Position numbers and translations under genes: made by a program
Source of the DNA: an uncultured Chloroflexia bacterium
GTDB taxonomy: Bacteria; Chloroflexota; Limnocylindria; Limnocylindrales; CSP1-4
Reading direction: 5' to 3'
Assembly: GCA_963772995.1 (NCBI GenBank)
Contig: CAVYZQ010000001.1
Span: 14,420 to 78,419 of the forward strand
Length of the DNA stretch: 64,000 nt
Notes under the pieces: generated by a model
Database searches by the model: none
The model's input: only the letters and a program-made list of their open reading frames with translations
What the model was told of the DNA's origin: nothing
Part shown: positions 9,818 to 21,470 of the stretch, one piece after another
Layout: every line of letters begins with the position of its first letter
Position numbering within the stretch: position 1 is the stretch's first letter

Positions 9818-11125
9818 ATGCCGGCCACGGTGATCGTCGGGTTGCAGTGGGGGGACGAAGGCAAGGGGAAGACGACCGACTTCCTGGCCGAGCAGACGGC
9901 GATGGTCGTCCGCTACCAGGGCGGCGACAACGCGGGGCACACCGTCGTCCGCGGTGACGAGGTCTTCAAGCTCCGGCTGACACCCTCGGGCGTCCTGTAT
10001 CCGCACATCACGTCGGTCATCGGCAACGGGGTCGTGGTCAACCCCGTCACCCTGATCGAGGAGCTCGACACACTGACCGCCCGGGGCATCGACGTCGCGC
10101 GCGTGCGCGTCAGTCGCAGCGCGCACGTGATCATGCCCTACCACGTCGCGCTCGACCGCGCGAACGAGGCGCGCCTGGGTGGCGCGAAGGTGGGCACCAC
10201 GGGCCGCGGGATCGGCCCCACCTACGGCGATCGAGCGTGGCGCCTCGGCCTCCGGATGGAGGACCTGCTCGACCCGCAGGTTCTCCGCGAGCGCATCGAG
10301 CGCGCGCTCGGGGACAAGAACCTGCTGCTCGCGTCGATGGGCGCCGACACCTTCGACGCCGACTCGCTGGTCGGCGAGGCGACCGGCTGGGGCGCGCGCC
10401 TGCGCGATCACCTCGACGACACGACCTGGCTCGTGCAGGCGGCGTTGGCCCGCGGGGAGCACGTCCTCCTCGAAGGAGCGCAGGGGACGCTCCTCGACCT
10501 CGATCACGGGAGCTATCCGTACGTCACCTCGTCGAACCCGGTGGCGGGCGGTGCGTGCACGGGCGGTGGGATCGGGCCGCTCCAGGTGGACGAAGTGATC
10601 GGCGTCATGAAGGCCTACTCGACGCGCGTGGGGTCGGGACCCTTCCCGAGCGAGCTGCATGACGAGGTCGGCGCCGGCATCGCGGCGCGCGGCCACGAAT
10701 TCGGCACCGTGACCGGGCGCCCGCGACGGGTGGGCTGGTTCGATGCGGTCCCGCTTCGCTACGCGGTGGCCGTCAACAGCGTGAGCAGCATCATGCTCAA
10801 CAAGCTCGACATCCTGTCCGGGGTCGAGCGCATCTGCCTGTGCGTGGCGTACGAGATCGATGGCCGGCGGGTGGAGGTATGGCCGTCGAGCGGCGCCGCC
10901 CTCGCGCGCGCGACGCCTGTCTACGAGTCGTTCGCCGGCTGGGACGAGCCGATCCACAGTGTCCGGTCGCTGGCCGACCTGCCCGAGAACGCGCGCCGGT
11001 ACGTGTCGGCGATCGAGGAGCACGCCGGGGTCCCGATCGTCCTGGTGTCGGTCGGTCCCGAACGGACGCAGACGATCGAACGCGCGTGGCGGCCGATGCG
11101 CAATCGCCCCGGGTTGCTGCCGTGA
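9818..11125 (+). CDS. purA: Adenylosuccinate synthetase
   Basis: Intact 435-aa ORF with QWGDEGKGK P-loop, GGDNAGHT, GTTGRGIGP, GTVTGRPRR. Confidence 0.95.
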   Translation: MPATVIVGLQWGDEGKGKTTDFLAEQTAMVVRYQGGDNAGHTVVRGDEVFKLRLTPSGVLYPHITSVIGNGVVVNPVTLIEELDTLTARGIDVARVRVSRSAHVIMPYHVALDRANEARLGGAKVGTTGRGIGPTYGDRAWRLGLRMEDLLDPQVLRERIERALGDKNLLLASMGADTFDADSLVGEATGWGARLRDHLDDTTWLVQAALARGEHVLLEGAQGTLLDLDHGSYPYVTSSNPVAGGACTGGGIGPLQVDEVIGVMKAYSTRVGSGPFPSELHDEVGAGIAARGHEFGTVTGRPRRVGWFDAVPLRYAVAVNSVSSIMLNKLDILSGVERICLCVAYEIDGRRVEVWPSSGAALARATPVYESFAGWDEPIHSVRSLADLPENARRYVSAIEEHAGVPIVLVSVGPERTQTIERAWRPMRNRPGLLP

Positions 11126-12504
11126 GCCTCATCATGCCGACTCGGATCGTGATCGTCGGTGGCGGTGGCCGGGAGCACGCGCTCGCCTGGAAGCTGGGCG
11201 GCGAGCCGGGCGTCAACGAGATCGTCGTGGTACCCGGCAGCGAGGCCATCGGGGATGAGCCGCGGGTGCGCTGCGTCCCGGGCGTGGACCCACTCGATCC
11301 GACCGCGGTCGTCTTGGTCGCCCGTCGCGTGGCGGCCGAGCTGGTCGTCATCGGGCCGGAGGCGCCGCTCGCGGCCGGGGTGACGGATGCGCTGATCGAG
11401 GCCGGCTTCGCGGTGTTCGGTCCCACGCAGGCGGCTGCCCGCATCGAGACCAGCAAAGCCTTCTGCCACGAGGTGGCGCGAGCGACCGGAGTGCGCATGG
11501 CGCATTCGGGCGCGTTCGCCGACGCCGCCGCGGCGCGGGCCTTCGCGGCGGAGCTCGCCGCGCGCCGGGTTGGGGTCGTGATCAAGGCCGACGGGCTGGC
11601 CGCGGGCAAGGGCGTGACGGTCTGCGACGACGCTGAGGAGGCAGCGGTCGCCATCGATGCCCTCGCGCGCACGCCGGACGACGGAACAGGAGCAACGGCC
11701 GCCCCGTGGGTCGTCGTCGAGGAACGGCTCACCGGACGCGAGGCGAGCGTCATCGCCCTGTGCGACGGTCGCGACGCCGTTGCTCTCCCGCCCGCCCGCG
11801 ACCACAAGCGCCTGGGTGACGGCGACGAGGGCCCGAATACGGGCGGGATGGGCGCCTACAGCCCGCTGCCCGACCTCCCCGACGAGGTGGCCGTCGACAT
11901 CGTCGAGACCGTCCACAGACCGATCCTCGCGGAGCTGGCCCGACGCGGCACACCGTTCCGCGGCGCGCTCTACGCCGGCCTGATGCTGACCGACGATGGT
12001 CCGGTCCTCCTCGAGTGCAACGCCCGGTTCGGCGACCCCGAGACCCAGGCGATCGTGCCACGCCTCGCGGTGGCTCTCGGGCCACTCCTCCTTGCCTGCG
12101 CCCGCGGCGACCTGCGCGAGGCGTTCTCGCGCCCCGGGTTCACCGACGGCCGGGTTCCGACACTGCCCGGCGCCACGGTCGCGCTCGTTCTCGCAGCGGC
12201 CGGCTATCCGGGACGGCCGCGCACCGGCGACCCGATCGAGGGTCTCGCGGCTGCCCGCGACACGGGTGCTCTCGTCTTCCACGCCGGCACGTCCCGCGAC
12301 GCCGGCGGCACGACGCGGACGGCGGGTGGCCGGATCCTCGCGGTCGTCGGACGTGGACCGGACGTGCCGGCGGCGGCCCGCGCGGCAGCAAAGGCGGCGG
12401 ACGAGATCCACGCCCCGGGGCTCCAGCGACGGCACGACATCGGCGCCGATGTCGCAGGCGCCGCAGTCGCCGACCCGGCCCTCGCGATCCCGACGTCCCG
12501 ATGA
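11122..12504 (+). CDS. purD: Phosphoribosylamine-glycine ligase
   Basis: GTGA overlap with the purA stop. VIVGGGGREHALAWKL, ATP-grasp VIKADGLAAGKGV, NTGGMGAYSP, ECNARFGDPE. Confidence 0.95.
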   Translation: MSLIMPTRIVIVGGGGREHALAWKLGGEPGVNEIVVVPGSEAIGDEPRVRCVPGVDPLDPTAVVLVARRVAAELVVIGPEAPLAAGVTDALIEAGFAVFGPTQAAARIETSKAFCHEVARATGVRMAHSGAFADAAAARAFAAELAARRVGVVIKADGLAAGKGVTVCDDAEEAAVAIDALARTPDDGTGATAAPWVVVEERLTGREASVIALCDGRDAVALPPARDHKRLGDGDEGPNTGGMGAYSPLPDLPDEVAVDIVETVHRPILAELARRGTPFRGALYAGLMLTDDGPVLLECNARFGDPETQAIVPRLAVALGPLLLACARGDLREAFSRPGFTDGRVPTLPGATVALVLAAAGYPGRPRTGDPIEGLAAARDTGALVFHAGTSRDAGGTTRTAGGRILAVVGRGPDVPAAARAAAKAADEIHAPGLQRRHDIGADVAGAAVADPALAIPTSR

Positions 12505-13853
12505 TCCCGCGCTACACGCTGCCCGAGATGGGCGCGATCTGGTCCGAGACGGCTCGCTTCGAGGCGATGCTCCGGGTCGAGCTCGCCGTCGCCCGCGCCC
12601 AGGCGGCCCGCGGCCGGATCCCGCCCGACGCCCTCGCGACGCTCGAGTCGCGTGCCCACGTCGACGTCGATCGGATCGCCGAGATCGAGCGGACGACCGA
12701 CCACGATGTCATCGCCTTCGTCAGCCAGGTCGCCGAGGCGGTCGGGCCCGACGGACGGTACCTGCACCTCGGGCTGACCAGCAGCGACGTCGTCGACACA
12801 GGCCTCGCGCTTCAGCTGCGGGCCGCCGGTGAGCGGCTCCTGGGTGACGCCGACCGGCTCCTCGTCGCGCTCGTGGCGCGTGCCCGCGCGCACGCCGACA
12901 CGGTGATGATGGGACGGACGCACTCGGTCCACGCCGAGCCCACGACCCTCGGCCACAAGCTGGCCGGCTGGGCGTTCGAGGTCGAGCGTGGCCGGACGCG
13001 CCTCGCGGCTGCGGTCGACGACATCGCCACCGGCAAGATCTCCGGTCCGGTGGGGACGTACAGCCACCTCGGCCCCGAGGTCGAGGCGGTGGTGCTCGCG
13101 TCCCTCGGGCTCCACGCCGACCCGGTCAGCACCCAGATCGTCCAGCGCGATCGCCACGCCGCGCTCCTCACGACCATCGCCGTCATGGGCGGGTCGCTCG
13201 AGCGTTTCGCGACCGAGGTGCGCAACCTCCAGCACACCGAGATCGGCGAGCTCCAGGAGCCGTTCAAGCCGGGTCAGAAGGGTTCGTCGGCGATGCCGCA
13301 CAAGCGGAATCCGATCCTCTCGGAGAGAATCGCGGGACTTGCCCGGCTGCTTCGCGGTTATGCCCAGACGGCGCTCGAGGACCAGCCGCTCTGGCATGAG
13401 CGCGACATCAGCCATTCGAGCGCCGAGCGGGTCATCCTGCCCGACGCCACGATCGTGCTGGACTACATGCTCGTCCGGATGACCGGCCTGGTCGAGGGAC
13501 TGGTGGTGCGCTCCGAGCGGATGCGCGAGAACATCGCCCGCGGGCTCGGGCTGCACGCCTCATCGCGGGTCCTCGTCGCCTTCGTCGAGGAGGGCGGCCT
13601 GTCGCGCGAGGAGGCCTACGCGATCGTCCAGCGGGCCTCCCTCCGGGCCGCCGACGAGCGGGTGCCGCTCCGCGACCTCCTGTCGGTCGAGCCGGCCGTC
13701 GCCCAACGGCTGTCCCTCGAGCGGCTCGACGCCTGCTTCGACGACGCCGCCTTCCTGCGCCACGTCCCCGAGGTCATCGCCCGCCTCGACGGGCTGGCCG
13801 ACGCGGTCCGCCTTCGCTCGCGAGCCTCCATCGCGGTGCCGGATGCCCGCTGA
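12501..13853 (+). CDS. purB: Adenylosuccinate lyase
   Basis: ATGA overlap with the purD stop. [38 protein letters not shown] signature loop. Confidence 0.95.
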   Translation: MIPRYTLPEMGAIWSETARFEAMLRVELAVARAQAARGRIPPDALATLESRAHVDVDRIAEIERTTDHDVIAFVSQVAEAVGPDGRYLHLGLTSSDVVDTGLALQLRAAGERLLGDADRLLVALVARARAHADTVMMGRTHSVHAEPTTLGHKLAGWAFEVERGRTRLAAAVDDIATGKISGPVGTYSHLGPEVEAVVLASLGLHADPVSTQIVQRDRHAALLTTIAVMGGSLERFATEVRNLQHTEIGELQEPFKPGQKGSSAMPHKRNPILSERIAGLARLLRGYAQTALEDQPLWHERDISHSSAERVILPDATIVLDYMLVRMTGLVEGLVVRSERMRENIARGLGLHASSRVLVAFVEEGGLSREEAYAIVQRASLRAADERVPLRDLLSVEPAVAQRLSLERLDACFDDAAFLRHVPEVIARLDGLADAVRLRSRASIAVPDAR

Positions 13854-14720
13854 GACGTACCTGCGGTCGGGGAAGGTCCGCGACCTGTACGCCATGCCCG
13901 CGGGTCGGCTCGCACTGGTGGCCTCGGACCGCATCAGCGCCTTCGACGTCGTCCTTCCGACCGACATCCCCGACAAGGGCCGGGTCCTGACCGGCCTGTC
14001 CCGGTACTGGTTCGCCGAAACCGAGACGCTTGTCCCGAACCATCTGCTGTCGACCGGGACAGACGACCCGGCCCTGCGCGGCCGGATCATGATCTGCCGC
14101 TCGGTCGAGGTCATCCCGATCGAGGCGGTCGTGCGCGGCTACCTGGCGGGCTCGGGCTGGAAGGCGTACATCGCTTCCGGGTCCGTGTGCGGCGTGCGGC
14201 TGCCGTCCGGCCTGCGCGAGGCCGACCGGCTGCCGGAGCCGATCTTCACGCCGGCCACGAAGGCGGAGCTCGGCGAGCACGACGAGAACATCGACTTCGA
14301 GACGATGGCCGGGCCTCGTCGGCCGTCAGACAGCCGAACGCGTCCGCGAGCTGGCGCTGGCGCTGTACGCCCATGCGAGCGCGCGCACCGAACGCGCGGG
14401 GATCCTCCTCGCCGACACGAAGTTCGAGTTCGGGTTGGACCCGGAGACGGGGCGCCTGCTCCTGATCGACGAGGTCCTCACCCCGGACTCGTCGCGATTC
14501 TGGGATGCTTCTGCATATGATCCCGGGCGTCCCCAGGCGAGCTACGACAAGCAGTTCGTGCGCGACTGGCTCGAGCGCCAGCCGTGGGACAAGCGAGCCC
14601 CGGGGCCCGAGCTCCCCGGAGGTCGTGGCCGGGACGCGCAGCCGCTATGTCCAGGCATTCGAGCGGATCACCGGGGCACCCTTCGAGCGCTACCTCGCGG
14701 AGGACGTGATCGGTCCATGA
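13843..14720 (+). CDS. purC: SAICAR synthetase (two apparent frameshifts, near 14311 in a G-run and 14615 in a C-run)
   Basis: [36 protein letters not shown]. The start overlaps the purB 3' end. Confidence 0.85.
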
Positions 14721-15004
14721 CGAGCTTCCGGTACGCGGTCAACGTCACCCCGAAGCCCGGCATCCTCGACCCGGCCGGCCGCGCGGTCGAGCGCAGCCTC
14801 GGACACCTGGCCATCGACGGCGTCCGCGACGTGCGCATCGGGCGGCGGGCGGAGCTGACCGTCGAGGCCGCCGATGAGCCGGCGGCGCTCGCGATCGTCG
14901 AACGGCTCGCCTCCGAGCTCCTCTCCAACCCGCTGATCGAGGTCTGGGCGATCGAGCGGCTCGAGACGTTGTCGGCGGTCGGGGCCGGGGCGGGGGAGGG
15001 CTGA
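14717..15004 (+). CDS. purS: FGAM synthase subunit PurS
   Basis: ATGA overlap with the purC stop. About 95 aa, [24 protein letters not shown]. Confidence 0.9.
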   Translation: MTSFRYAVNVTPKPGILDPAGRAVERSLGHLAIDGVRDVRIGRRAELTVEAADEPAALAIVERLASELLSNPLIEVWAIERLETLSAVGAGAGEG

Positions 15005-15006
15005 GC

Positions 15007-15756
15007 GTGCCGGTCCGGATCGGAGTCGTGGTCTTTCCGGGGAGCAACTGCGATCGCGACACCCTCCACGCACTGGCGCTCGCCGGTGCGGATCCGGTGG
15101 CCCTGTGGCACGAGCAGGCGACCCTCGACGGGGTCGCCGCGGTCGTCCTGCCCGGCGGTTTCGCCTACGGCGACTACGTCCGGGCCGGGGTGATCGCAAG
15201 GTTCAGCCCGGTGATGCGCGCCGTGACCGCGTTCGCGGGCGCCGGCGGTCTCGTCCTCGGGATCTGCAACGGCTTCCAGGTCCTCGCCGAGGCGGGGCTC
15301 GTGCCCGGTGCCCTGCTGCGCAACGCCTCGCTCCGGTTCGCCGGCCACCCGGTCTCCATCGCCGCCAGGCGCCTCGACACCCCGTTCACCCACGCCCTGG
15401 CCGACTCGCGCCCGCTCCGGATGCCGGTCGCGCACGGCGAGGGCCGCTACTACGCCGACGACGCGACGCTCGACGCCCTCGAGCGCGACGGCCGGGTGCT
15501 CTTCCGCTACGTCGACGGTCGCGGCGACCCCGCCGGGCCCGAGGACCCGGCCAATCCGAACGGCTCGCTGCGGGCCATCGCCGGCGTGATGAACACGGCC
15601 GGCAACGTGGCCGGACTGATGCCCCATCCTGAGCGCGCAGCCGAGGCGATCCTGGGCTCGGACGACGGCCTCGGGATCATCAGGTCGCTCGTCGAGAGCG
15701 CCGCTGTCGCGGCGTCGGCCGCGAAGACGCCCGCCCTGGCGAGCGGCGCCCCGTGA
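15007..15756 (+). CDS. purQ: FGAM synthase glutaminase subunit
   Basis: GTG start. [29 protein letters not shown] catalytic Cys, MPHPER. Confidence 0.95.
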   Translation: MPVRIGVVVFPGSNCDRDTLHALALAGADPVALWHEQATLDGVAAVVLPGGFAYGDYVRAGVIARFSPVMRAVTAFAGAGGLVLGICNGFQVLAEAGLVPGALLRNASLRFAGHPVSIAARRLDTPFTHALADSRPLRMPVAHGEGRYYADDATLDALERDGRVLFRYVDGRGDPAGPEDPANPNGSLRAIAGVMNTAGNVAGLMPHPERAAEAILGSDDGLGIIRSLVESAAVAASAAKTPALASGAP

Positions 15757-18081
15757 CCGTTGCCGTGCGGGCCGCCGAGCCTCTCCATCGCCGGCTCGGT
15801 CTGACCGACGACGAGCTCGACGCCATCCGCGACCGGCTCGGCGGGCGCGACCCCAACGATCTCGAGCTCGCGATGTTCAGCGTCATGTGGAGCGAGCATT
15901 GCTCCTACAAATCGTCCAAGCCCCTGCTGCGCACGCTCCCGACCGCGGGTGAGGGGGTCGTGGCAGGCCCCGGCGAGAACGCCGGGGTCATCTCGATCGG
16001 CGACGGGCTCGCCGTCGCCTTCAAGATCGAATCGCACAATCACCCGTCGGCCGTCGAGCCGTATCAGGGCGCGGCGACCGGCGTCGGAGGGATCCTGCGC
16101 GACATCTTCACGATGGGCGCCCGGCCGATCGCCGATCCTCGACGCGCTTCAATTCGGTGATCCGGCAGATCCGCGGACGCGACACCTCGTGGACGGGGTC
16201 GTACGGGGGGTCGGCGGCTACGGCAACTGCGTCGGAGTCCCGACCGTTGGTGGAGAGCTCGCCTTCGATCCGAGCTACCGGAACAACCCGCTGGTCAACG
16301 TCATGGCCATCGGACTGCTCGAGGAACGCCTGCTGACGCTCGCCTCGGCACCGGGACCCGGCAACCTCGTCGTCCTGTTCGGATCGGCGACCGGGCGCGA
16401 CGGGATCGGCGGTGCCTCCGTGCTCGCGAGCGCGACCTTCGGCGACGAAGAACCATCGAAGCGGCCGTCAGTACAGGTGGGCGACCCGTTCGCGGAGAAG
16501 CTGCTGATCGAGGCCAGCCTCGAGCTCATCGAAGGCGGGCTGGTCGAGGGCCTCCAGGATCTCGGTGCGGGCGGCATCACCTGCGCGACCTCGGAGACGG
16601 CCGACCGGGCAGGGACGGGCATGATCGTGGACCTCGACGCGGTCCCGCGGCGCGAGCCCGGCCTCGAACCGTTCGAGGTGATGATCTCCGAGTCGCAGGA
16701 ACGGATGTGCGCGGTCGTCAGCCCCGAGCGCTGGCCGGAGGTGCGTGCGGTCTGCGAGCGCTGGGACCTGCCGGTCGCGATCATCGGCCGGGTGACCGAC
16801 AACGGCGACATCGCCGTCGTCGAGGGAGGCCTGGACGCGGCCGGGCGGCCGGCCCCCGGCGCCCGGGAGCTCGCCCGGATCCCGGCCGGCGCCCTGACCA
16901 GTGACGCGATCGTCCACCAGCGGATCGCGGCTCCGCCGGTCCGCAGCCGTGGTGCGCCGGCCCCGGGCGCTCCGGCCGATCAGGCAGATCGCCTGCCCGA
17001 GCGTGGCATGGATCCCGGTGCCGTCCTCCTGGCGTTGCTCGGGTCGCCCGGACTCGCCTCCCGCCACGCGGTCTTCCACCAGTACGACTCGACGGTCGGC
17101 GCGGACACGGTGGTCGGTCCGGGGCACGGCGCGGCCGTGCTGCGGGTGAAGGGGACCACAAAGGCGCTCGTCGCCTCCACCGACGGCAATGAGTCCGTGG
17201 GTCTTGTCGATCCATGGCTGGGGGCCGCCCTGTCCGTCGCCGAGGCGACGCGCAACGTGTCGATCACCGGGGCCCGGCCGCTGGGCGTCACGAACTGCCT
17301 CAACTACGGGGACCCGACCCGCCCCGAGGCGTTCTGGCAGCTGAGCGAGGGCGTCCGCGGCCTCGCCGACGCGTGCCGGGCGCTCGGGGTGCCCGTGACC
17401 GGCGGCAACGTGTCGCTCTACAACGAGTCGCCGGCCGGAGCGATCGCCCCGACCCCGGAGATCGGCGTGGTCGGCCTCCTCGACGACGTCGCGACGCTCG
17501 TGGGTCCCGCATTCAGCCGCCCGCACGACGCCATCCTCCTGGTCGGCGAGGCGACGCCGGGCCTCGCCGGGTCGGCCTACGAGGCCCTCGCGGGGGCCGC
17601 ACCGGGAGACGGGCCGCCGGTGCTGGACCTCGCGCGCGAGGCCGCGGTCCAGGCGTTCATCCGCGAGGCGATCGGGCGCGGCCTGGTGGCATCGGCGCAG
17701 GACGTCTCGGGCGGCGGCCTGGCGGTCGCACTCGCCGAATCTGCCATGTGGGGTGGTCTGGGCGCCTCGGTCCGGGTCCTCGTCGCCCATTCGCCGGCGG
17801 TGGACCTGTTCGGCGAGGGGCCGTCGCGGCTCGTCGTCAGTTGCCGGCCGCGGTATGCGGCCGCGCTCGAGCTGCTCGCCCGCCAGTTCGGGCTTCCGAT
17901 CGAGGCGATCGGCACGGTCGGTGGGGACCATCTCGTCGTCGAGCTCGGTGGCGCCGGGGCGACTGGTGCGGCCGAGGAGCGTGGCAGCCGCGTGGCCGAC
18001 GCGATCGAGGTCCCTCTTCGCGACCTACGGCACGCCTGGGAGCACGGTCTCGGCCGCGCGCTCGGCTGGGAGGGCTTGTGA
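15753..18081 (+). CDS. purL: FGAM synthase large subunit (one apparent frameshift near 16135)
   Basis: GTGA overlap with the purQ stop. [57 protein letters not shown]. Confidence 0.9.
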
Positions 18082-18262
18082 GCACGGCTCCGCCTGTTCC
18101 GACGCAGATCTCATCCGCTCGGACGGTGCATCGCGGCGTTGCCGCCATCGCCGGCTCGCTCACGCACAGTCCAGCGCGCTCGCTCCCCGCCTCGGCGTCG
18201 CCTTGCGCCGCATCCGCCCGAGCGGCGATCTGCTGCGCCGGAACGACGGAGCCGTGCTCCTG
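18079..18262. repeat. ~180-nt inverted-repeat element filling the purL-purF spacer, related to the 9443-9790 repeats
   Basis: Perfect 13-bp terminal inverted repeats GAGCACGGCTCCG (18080-18092) and CGGAGCCGTGCTC (18247-18259). The arms pair imperfectly for about 55 nt. The centre TCGCTCACGCAC-N-GCGCTCGCTC..CGCCTCGG matches unit B at about 9640-9700. Confidence 0.55.
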
Positions 18263-19732
18263 ATGTGCGGGGTGTTCGGGGTCGTGCTGCCGGGCGGCGA
18301 GCCGAGCGACGCCGCTTCCGTCGCCGCCCTCGGCCTCTTCGCCCTCCAGCATCGCGGCCAGGAGTCGGCGGGCGTGGCGGTCAGCGATGGCGAGCAACTG
18401 ATGCTCTACAAGGACCTCGGGATGATCAGCACGGTGCTCGACGAGCGCCGCCTGCCGAGCCTGCGCGGGCAGCTCGCCATCGCGCACTGCCGGTACTCCA
18501 CCACGGGATCCACCGTCTGGGAGAACGCCCAGCCGACGTATCGCCTCGGCCCGCGTCGGGCGCTCGCGATCGGGCACAACGGGAACCTGGTCAACACCCG
18601 CGAATTGCTCGGCCACCTTCATGGCGGCAGGGGGCGCCTGTCGGCCTCGACCGACACCGAGCTGCTCACCGCCCTGCTGGCCGACGAACCGGCCGCGGAC
18701 ACGATCGAGGCCCTTCGGCGAGTCCTGCCCCGGGTTCGCGGGGCCTACAGCCTCGTCGTCCTCGACGAGCGGCGGGTGATCGGCGTCCGCGACCCGTTCG
18801 GCTTCCGGCCGCTCGTCCTCGGACGATTGCCGGCTACCCCGGGCGGCCCGGACGACGGCCTGTGGGACGGCGACGACGCGACCGCCGGCTGGTGCCTGTC
18901 GTCGGAGACGGCGGCGCTCGATATCGTCGGCGCCGAGTTCGTCCGTGACGTGGAGCCGGGCGAGATCGTCATCCTCGAGCGCGGGCAGGCGCCCAGGTCC
19001 GTGCGTTTCGCCGACGCGACGCCCGCCCTGTGCGTCTTCGAGCTGATCTACTTCGCGCGGCCCAATTCGTACATGGAGGGACGGAACCTGTACGAGGCCC
19101 GCCGCCAGATGGGGATGCAGCTCGCGACAGAGCACCCCGTCGATGCCGACCTGGTCATGCCGGTCCCGGACACGGGGGCGCCGGCGGCCGCCGGATACGC
19201 CGAGGCCTCGGGCCTGCCGTTCCGCGAGGGGATGTATCGCAATCGGTATGCAGGACGGACGTTCATCCAGCCATCCGCCGGGCTCCGACATCGCGGGGTA
19301 ACGGTCAAGATGAACCCGCTGCGTGACGTCGTGGCCGGCAAGCGACTGATCGTGGTGGACAATTCGATCGTCCGCGGGACGACGACGAAACGGATCGTGG
19401 AGCTCCTGCGGCGCGCCGGGGCGGCCGAGGTCCACGTCCGGATCAGCGCCCCGCCGATCTATCACCCCTGCTTCTACGGCATCGACACGCAGGTGGAGAC
19501 CGAGCTCATCGCCGCCACCCACAGCGAGGACCAGATCCGCGACTTCATCGGGGCCGACTCGCTCGGCTATCTGTCGATCGGGGGCGTCCTCGCCGCCCTG
19601 GACCTGCCGTACGAGCGGTTCTGCTTCGCCTGCTTCGATGGTCGCTATCCGGAGCCCGTGCCATACGACGCAGCCAGCCGCAAGTTCATCCTCGAGGAGC
19701 CGGTCGGCGCCGGCGCCCAGGCCGACCGATGA
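18263..19732 (+). CDS. purF: Amidophosphoribosyltransferase
   Basis: MCGVFGV N-terminal nucleophile Cys, LQHRGQESAG, PRTase motif LIVVDNSIVRGTT. Confidence 0.95.
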   Translation: MCGVFGVVLPGGEPSDAASVAALGLFALQHRGQESAGVAVSDGEQLMLYKDLGMISTVLDERRLPSLRGQLAIAHCRYSTTGSTVWENAQPTYRLGPRRALAIGHNGNLVNTRELLGHLHGGRGRLSASTDTELLTALLADEPAADTIEALRRVLPRVRGAYSLVVLDERRVIGVRDPFGFRPLVLGRLPATPGGPDDGLWDGDDATAGWCLSSETAALDIVGAEFVRDVEPGEIVILERGQAPRSVRFADATPALCVFELIYFARPNSYMEGRNLYEARRQMGMQLATEHPVDADLVMPVPDTGAPAAAGYAEASGLPFREGMYRNRYAGRTFIQPSAGLRHRGVTVKMNPLRDVVAGKRLIVVDNSIVRGTTTKRIVELLRRAGAAEVHVRISAPPIYHPCFYGIDTQVETELIAATHSEDQIRDFIGADSLGYLSIGGVLAALDLPYERFCFACFDGRYPEPVPYDAASRKFILEEPVGAGAQADR

Positions 19733-20877
19733 ACGGGCGCGGCGCCTACCGGGCAGCCGGGGTGGACGTGGCGGCCGGCGACCGGGCGGTCGATCTGATG
19801 CGGGCAGACGTCGAGTCGACGTACCGGCCCGAGGTGGTCGGCGGTCTCGGCGGGTTCGGGGGCGCCATCGCCATCCCGCCGGGATACCACGATCCACTGC
19901 TGGTGGCCTCGACGGACGGGGTGGGAACGAAGACGGCCATCGCGATCGCGCTCCATCGATTCGACACCGTCGGCATCGACCTCGTCGCGATGTGCGCCGA
20001 CGACGTCGTCTGCAGCGGGGCGGAGCCCCTGGCATTCCTCGACTACGTGGCGGTGGGGCACGTGGTCCCCGAGGGCGTCGCGGAGCTCGTCGGTTCGGTG
20101 GCGGCAGGCTGTCGCGAGGCCGGCTGCGCCTTGATCGGTGGCGAGACGGCAGAACACCCGGGGCTCATGACAGATGACGCCTTCGACCTGTCGGGTTGCT
20201 GCATCGGGATCGTCGAGCGGTCCGACCTGCTCGATGGCACGGCCGCTCGGGCGGGCGACGTCATCCTCGGTCTGCCGTCGTCGGGTCTCCATTCGAACGG
20301 CTACTCGCTGATCCGCGCGCTGATCGCCCAGTGGGAGCTGCGCCTCGACGAGCCGTACCAGGAGCGCCTCCGCCGGACTCTCGGCGACAAGCCCGCCGAA
20401 GAAGTGCTGGCCGCGGCTCCGCACGAGGCGATGGCGACGCTCGGCGAGGTGCTGCTGACGCCGACCCGGATCTATTCGCGCATCGTCCTCGACGTCCGGG
20501 CGGCGCTGCGCGCGGCGGGATCCGACCTTCGCGGCGTGGCCCACATCACCGGCGGCGGCCTGCCGGGCAACGTGCCCAGGGCGCTGCCCGGCGGGCTGGC
20601 CGCGCGACTCGATCCCGGCCGCTGGACCACCCCATCGGTGATGCGGCTGTTCGCCGCTCTTGGCGGCCTCGACGACGAGGAGGTCCGCGCGACGTTCAAC
20701 GGCGGTCTCGGGATGGTCGTCGTCGTGCCCCCGGACGCCGTCGAGGTCGCGATCCAGGCGTTCGCGGGCCACGACCCGGCCGTCTCCGTCGTCGGGGAGG
20801 TCATCGAGGCGGCGAGCCTCGGCGGTGCACGCTACGTCGAGGGTCCGCTCGAGGTCTTCAGCCGGGCCGGCCAGTGA
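19729..20877 (+). CDS. purM: AIR synthetase
   Basis: ATGA overlap with the purF stop. YRAAGVDV, STDGVGTK, DLVAMCADD, GGETAEHPG, HSNGYSL. Confidence 0.95.
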   Translation: MNGRGAYRAAGVDVAAGDRAVDLMRADVESTYRPEVVGGLGGFGGAIAIPPGYHDPLLVASTDGVGTKTAIAIALHRFDTVGIDLVAMCADDVVCSGAEPLAFLDYVAVGHVVPEGVAELVGSVAAGCREAGCALIGGETAEHPGLMTDDAFDLSGCCIGIVERSDLLDGTAARAGDVILGLPSSGLHSNGYSLIRALIAQWELRLDEPYQERLRRTLGDKPAEEVLAAAPHEAMATLGEVLLTPTRIYSRIVLDVRAALRAAGSDLRGVAHITGGGLPGNVPRALPGGLAARLDPGRWTTPSVMRLFAALGGLDDEEVRATFNGGLGMVVVVPPDAVEVAIQAFAGHDPAVSVVGEVIEAASLGGARYVEGPLEVFSRAGQ

Positions 20878-20884
20878 CGTGCCG

Positions 20885-21470
20885 ATGAGGGGCCGGATGG
20901 GCCGCATCGCCGTCGGCGTCTCGGGCGCGGGATCGAACCTGCGGGCGCTCGCCGCGGCGGCCGGACGCAACGAGCTGGGCGGGGCGATCGTGCTCGTCTT
21001 CGCCGACCGGGCCTGCGCTGCTCTCGAATGGGCAGCAGAGCAGGGGATCGAGACGGCGCTCGTGCCCGGCGGCGACGATGCGACGCTGGCCGAGACGCTG
21101 GTCGCCACCGGCGTGGATGCGGTCGTGCTGGCCGGGTACATGCGGATCCTCGGGCCGCTTGTCCTTGCCGCCTTCGAGGGGCGCATCCTCAACACCCACC
21201 CGTCGCTCCTGCCGGCGTTCCCGGGCGCGCACGCGGTCGCCGACGCGCTCGCGCACGGCGTGACGGTGACCGGTTGCACGATCCATCTCGTGGACGCGAC
21301 GGTCGACGGCGGGCCGATCGTGGCCCAGGAGGCGGTCGCGGTGCTGCCCGACGACGACGTCGGTACCCTTCACGACCGGATCCGCGCCGTCGAGCATCGG
21401 TTGCTGCCTCGCACGGTCGCGCTCCTGCTGGCCGGTGCGCTTTCGGTGGCGCCCGTTGGGCGGCGCGTGA
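20885..21470 (+). CDS. purN: GAR formyltransferase (3' end uncertain, reads through into purH in the sequence as given)
   Basis: RIAVGVSGAGSNLRAL, NTHPSLLPAFPG, TGCTIHLVDATVDGGPI. No in-frame stop before purH. A GTGA at 21467-21470 would be the usual stop/start overlap if the last ~10 codons were in the +1 frame. Confidence 0.8.
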
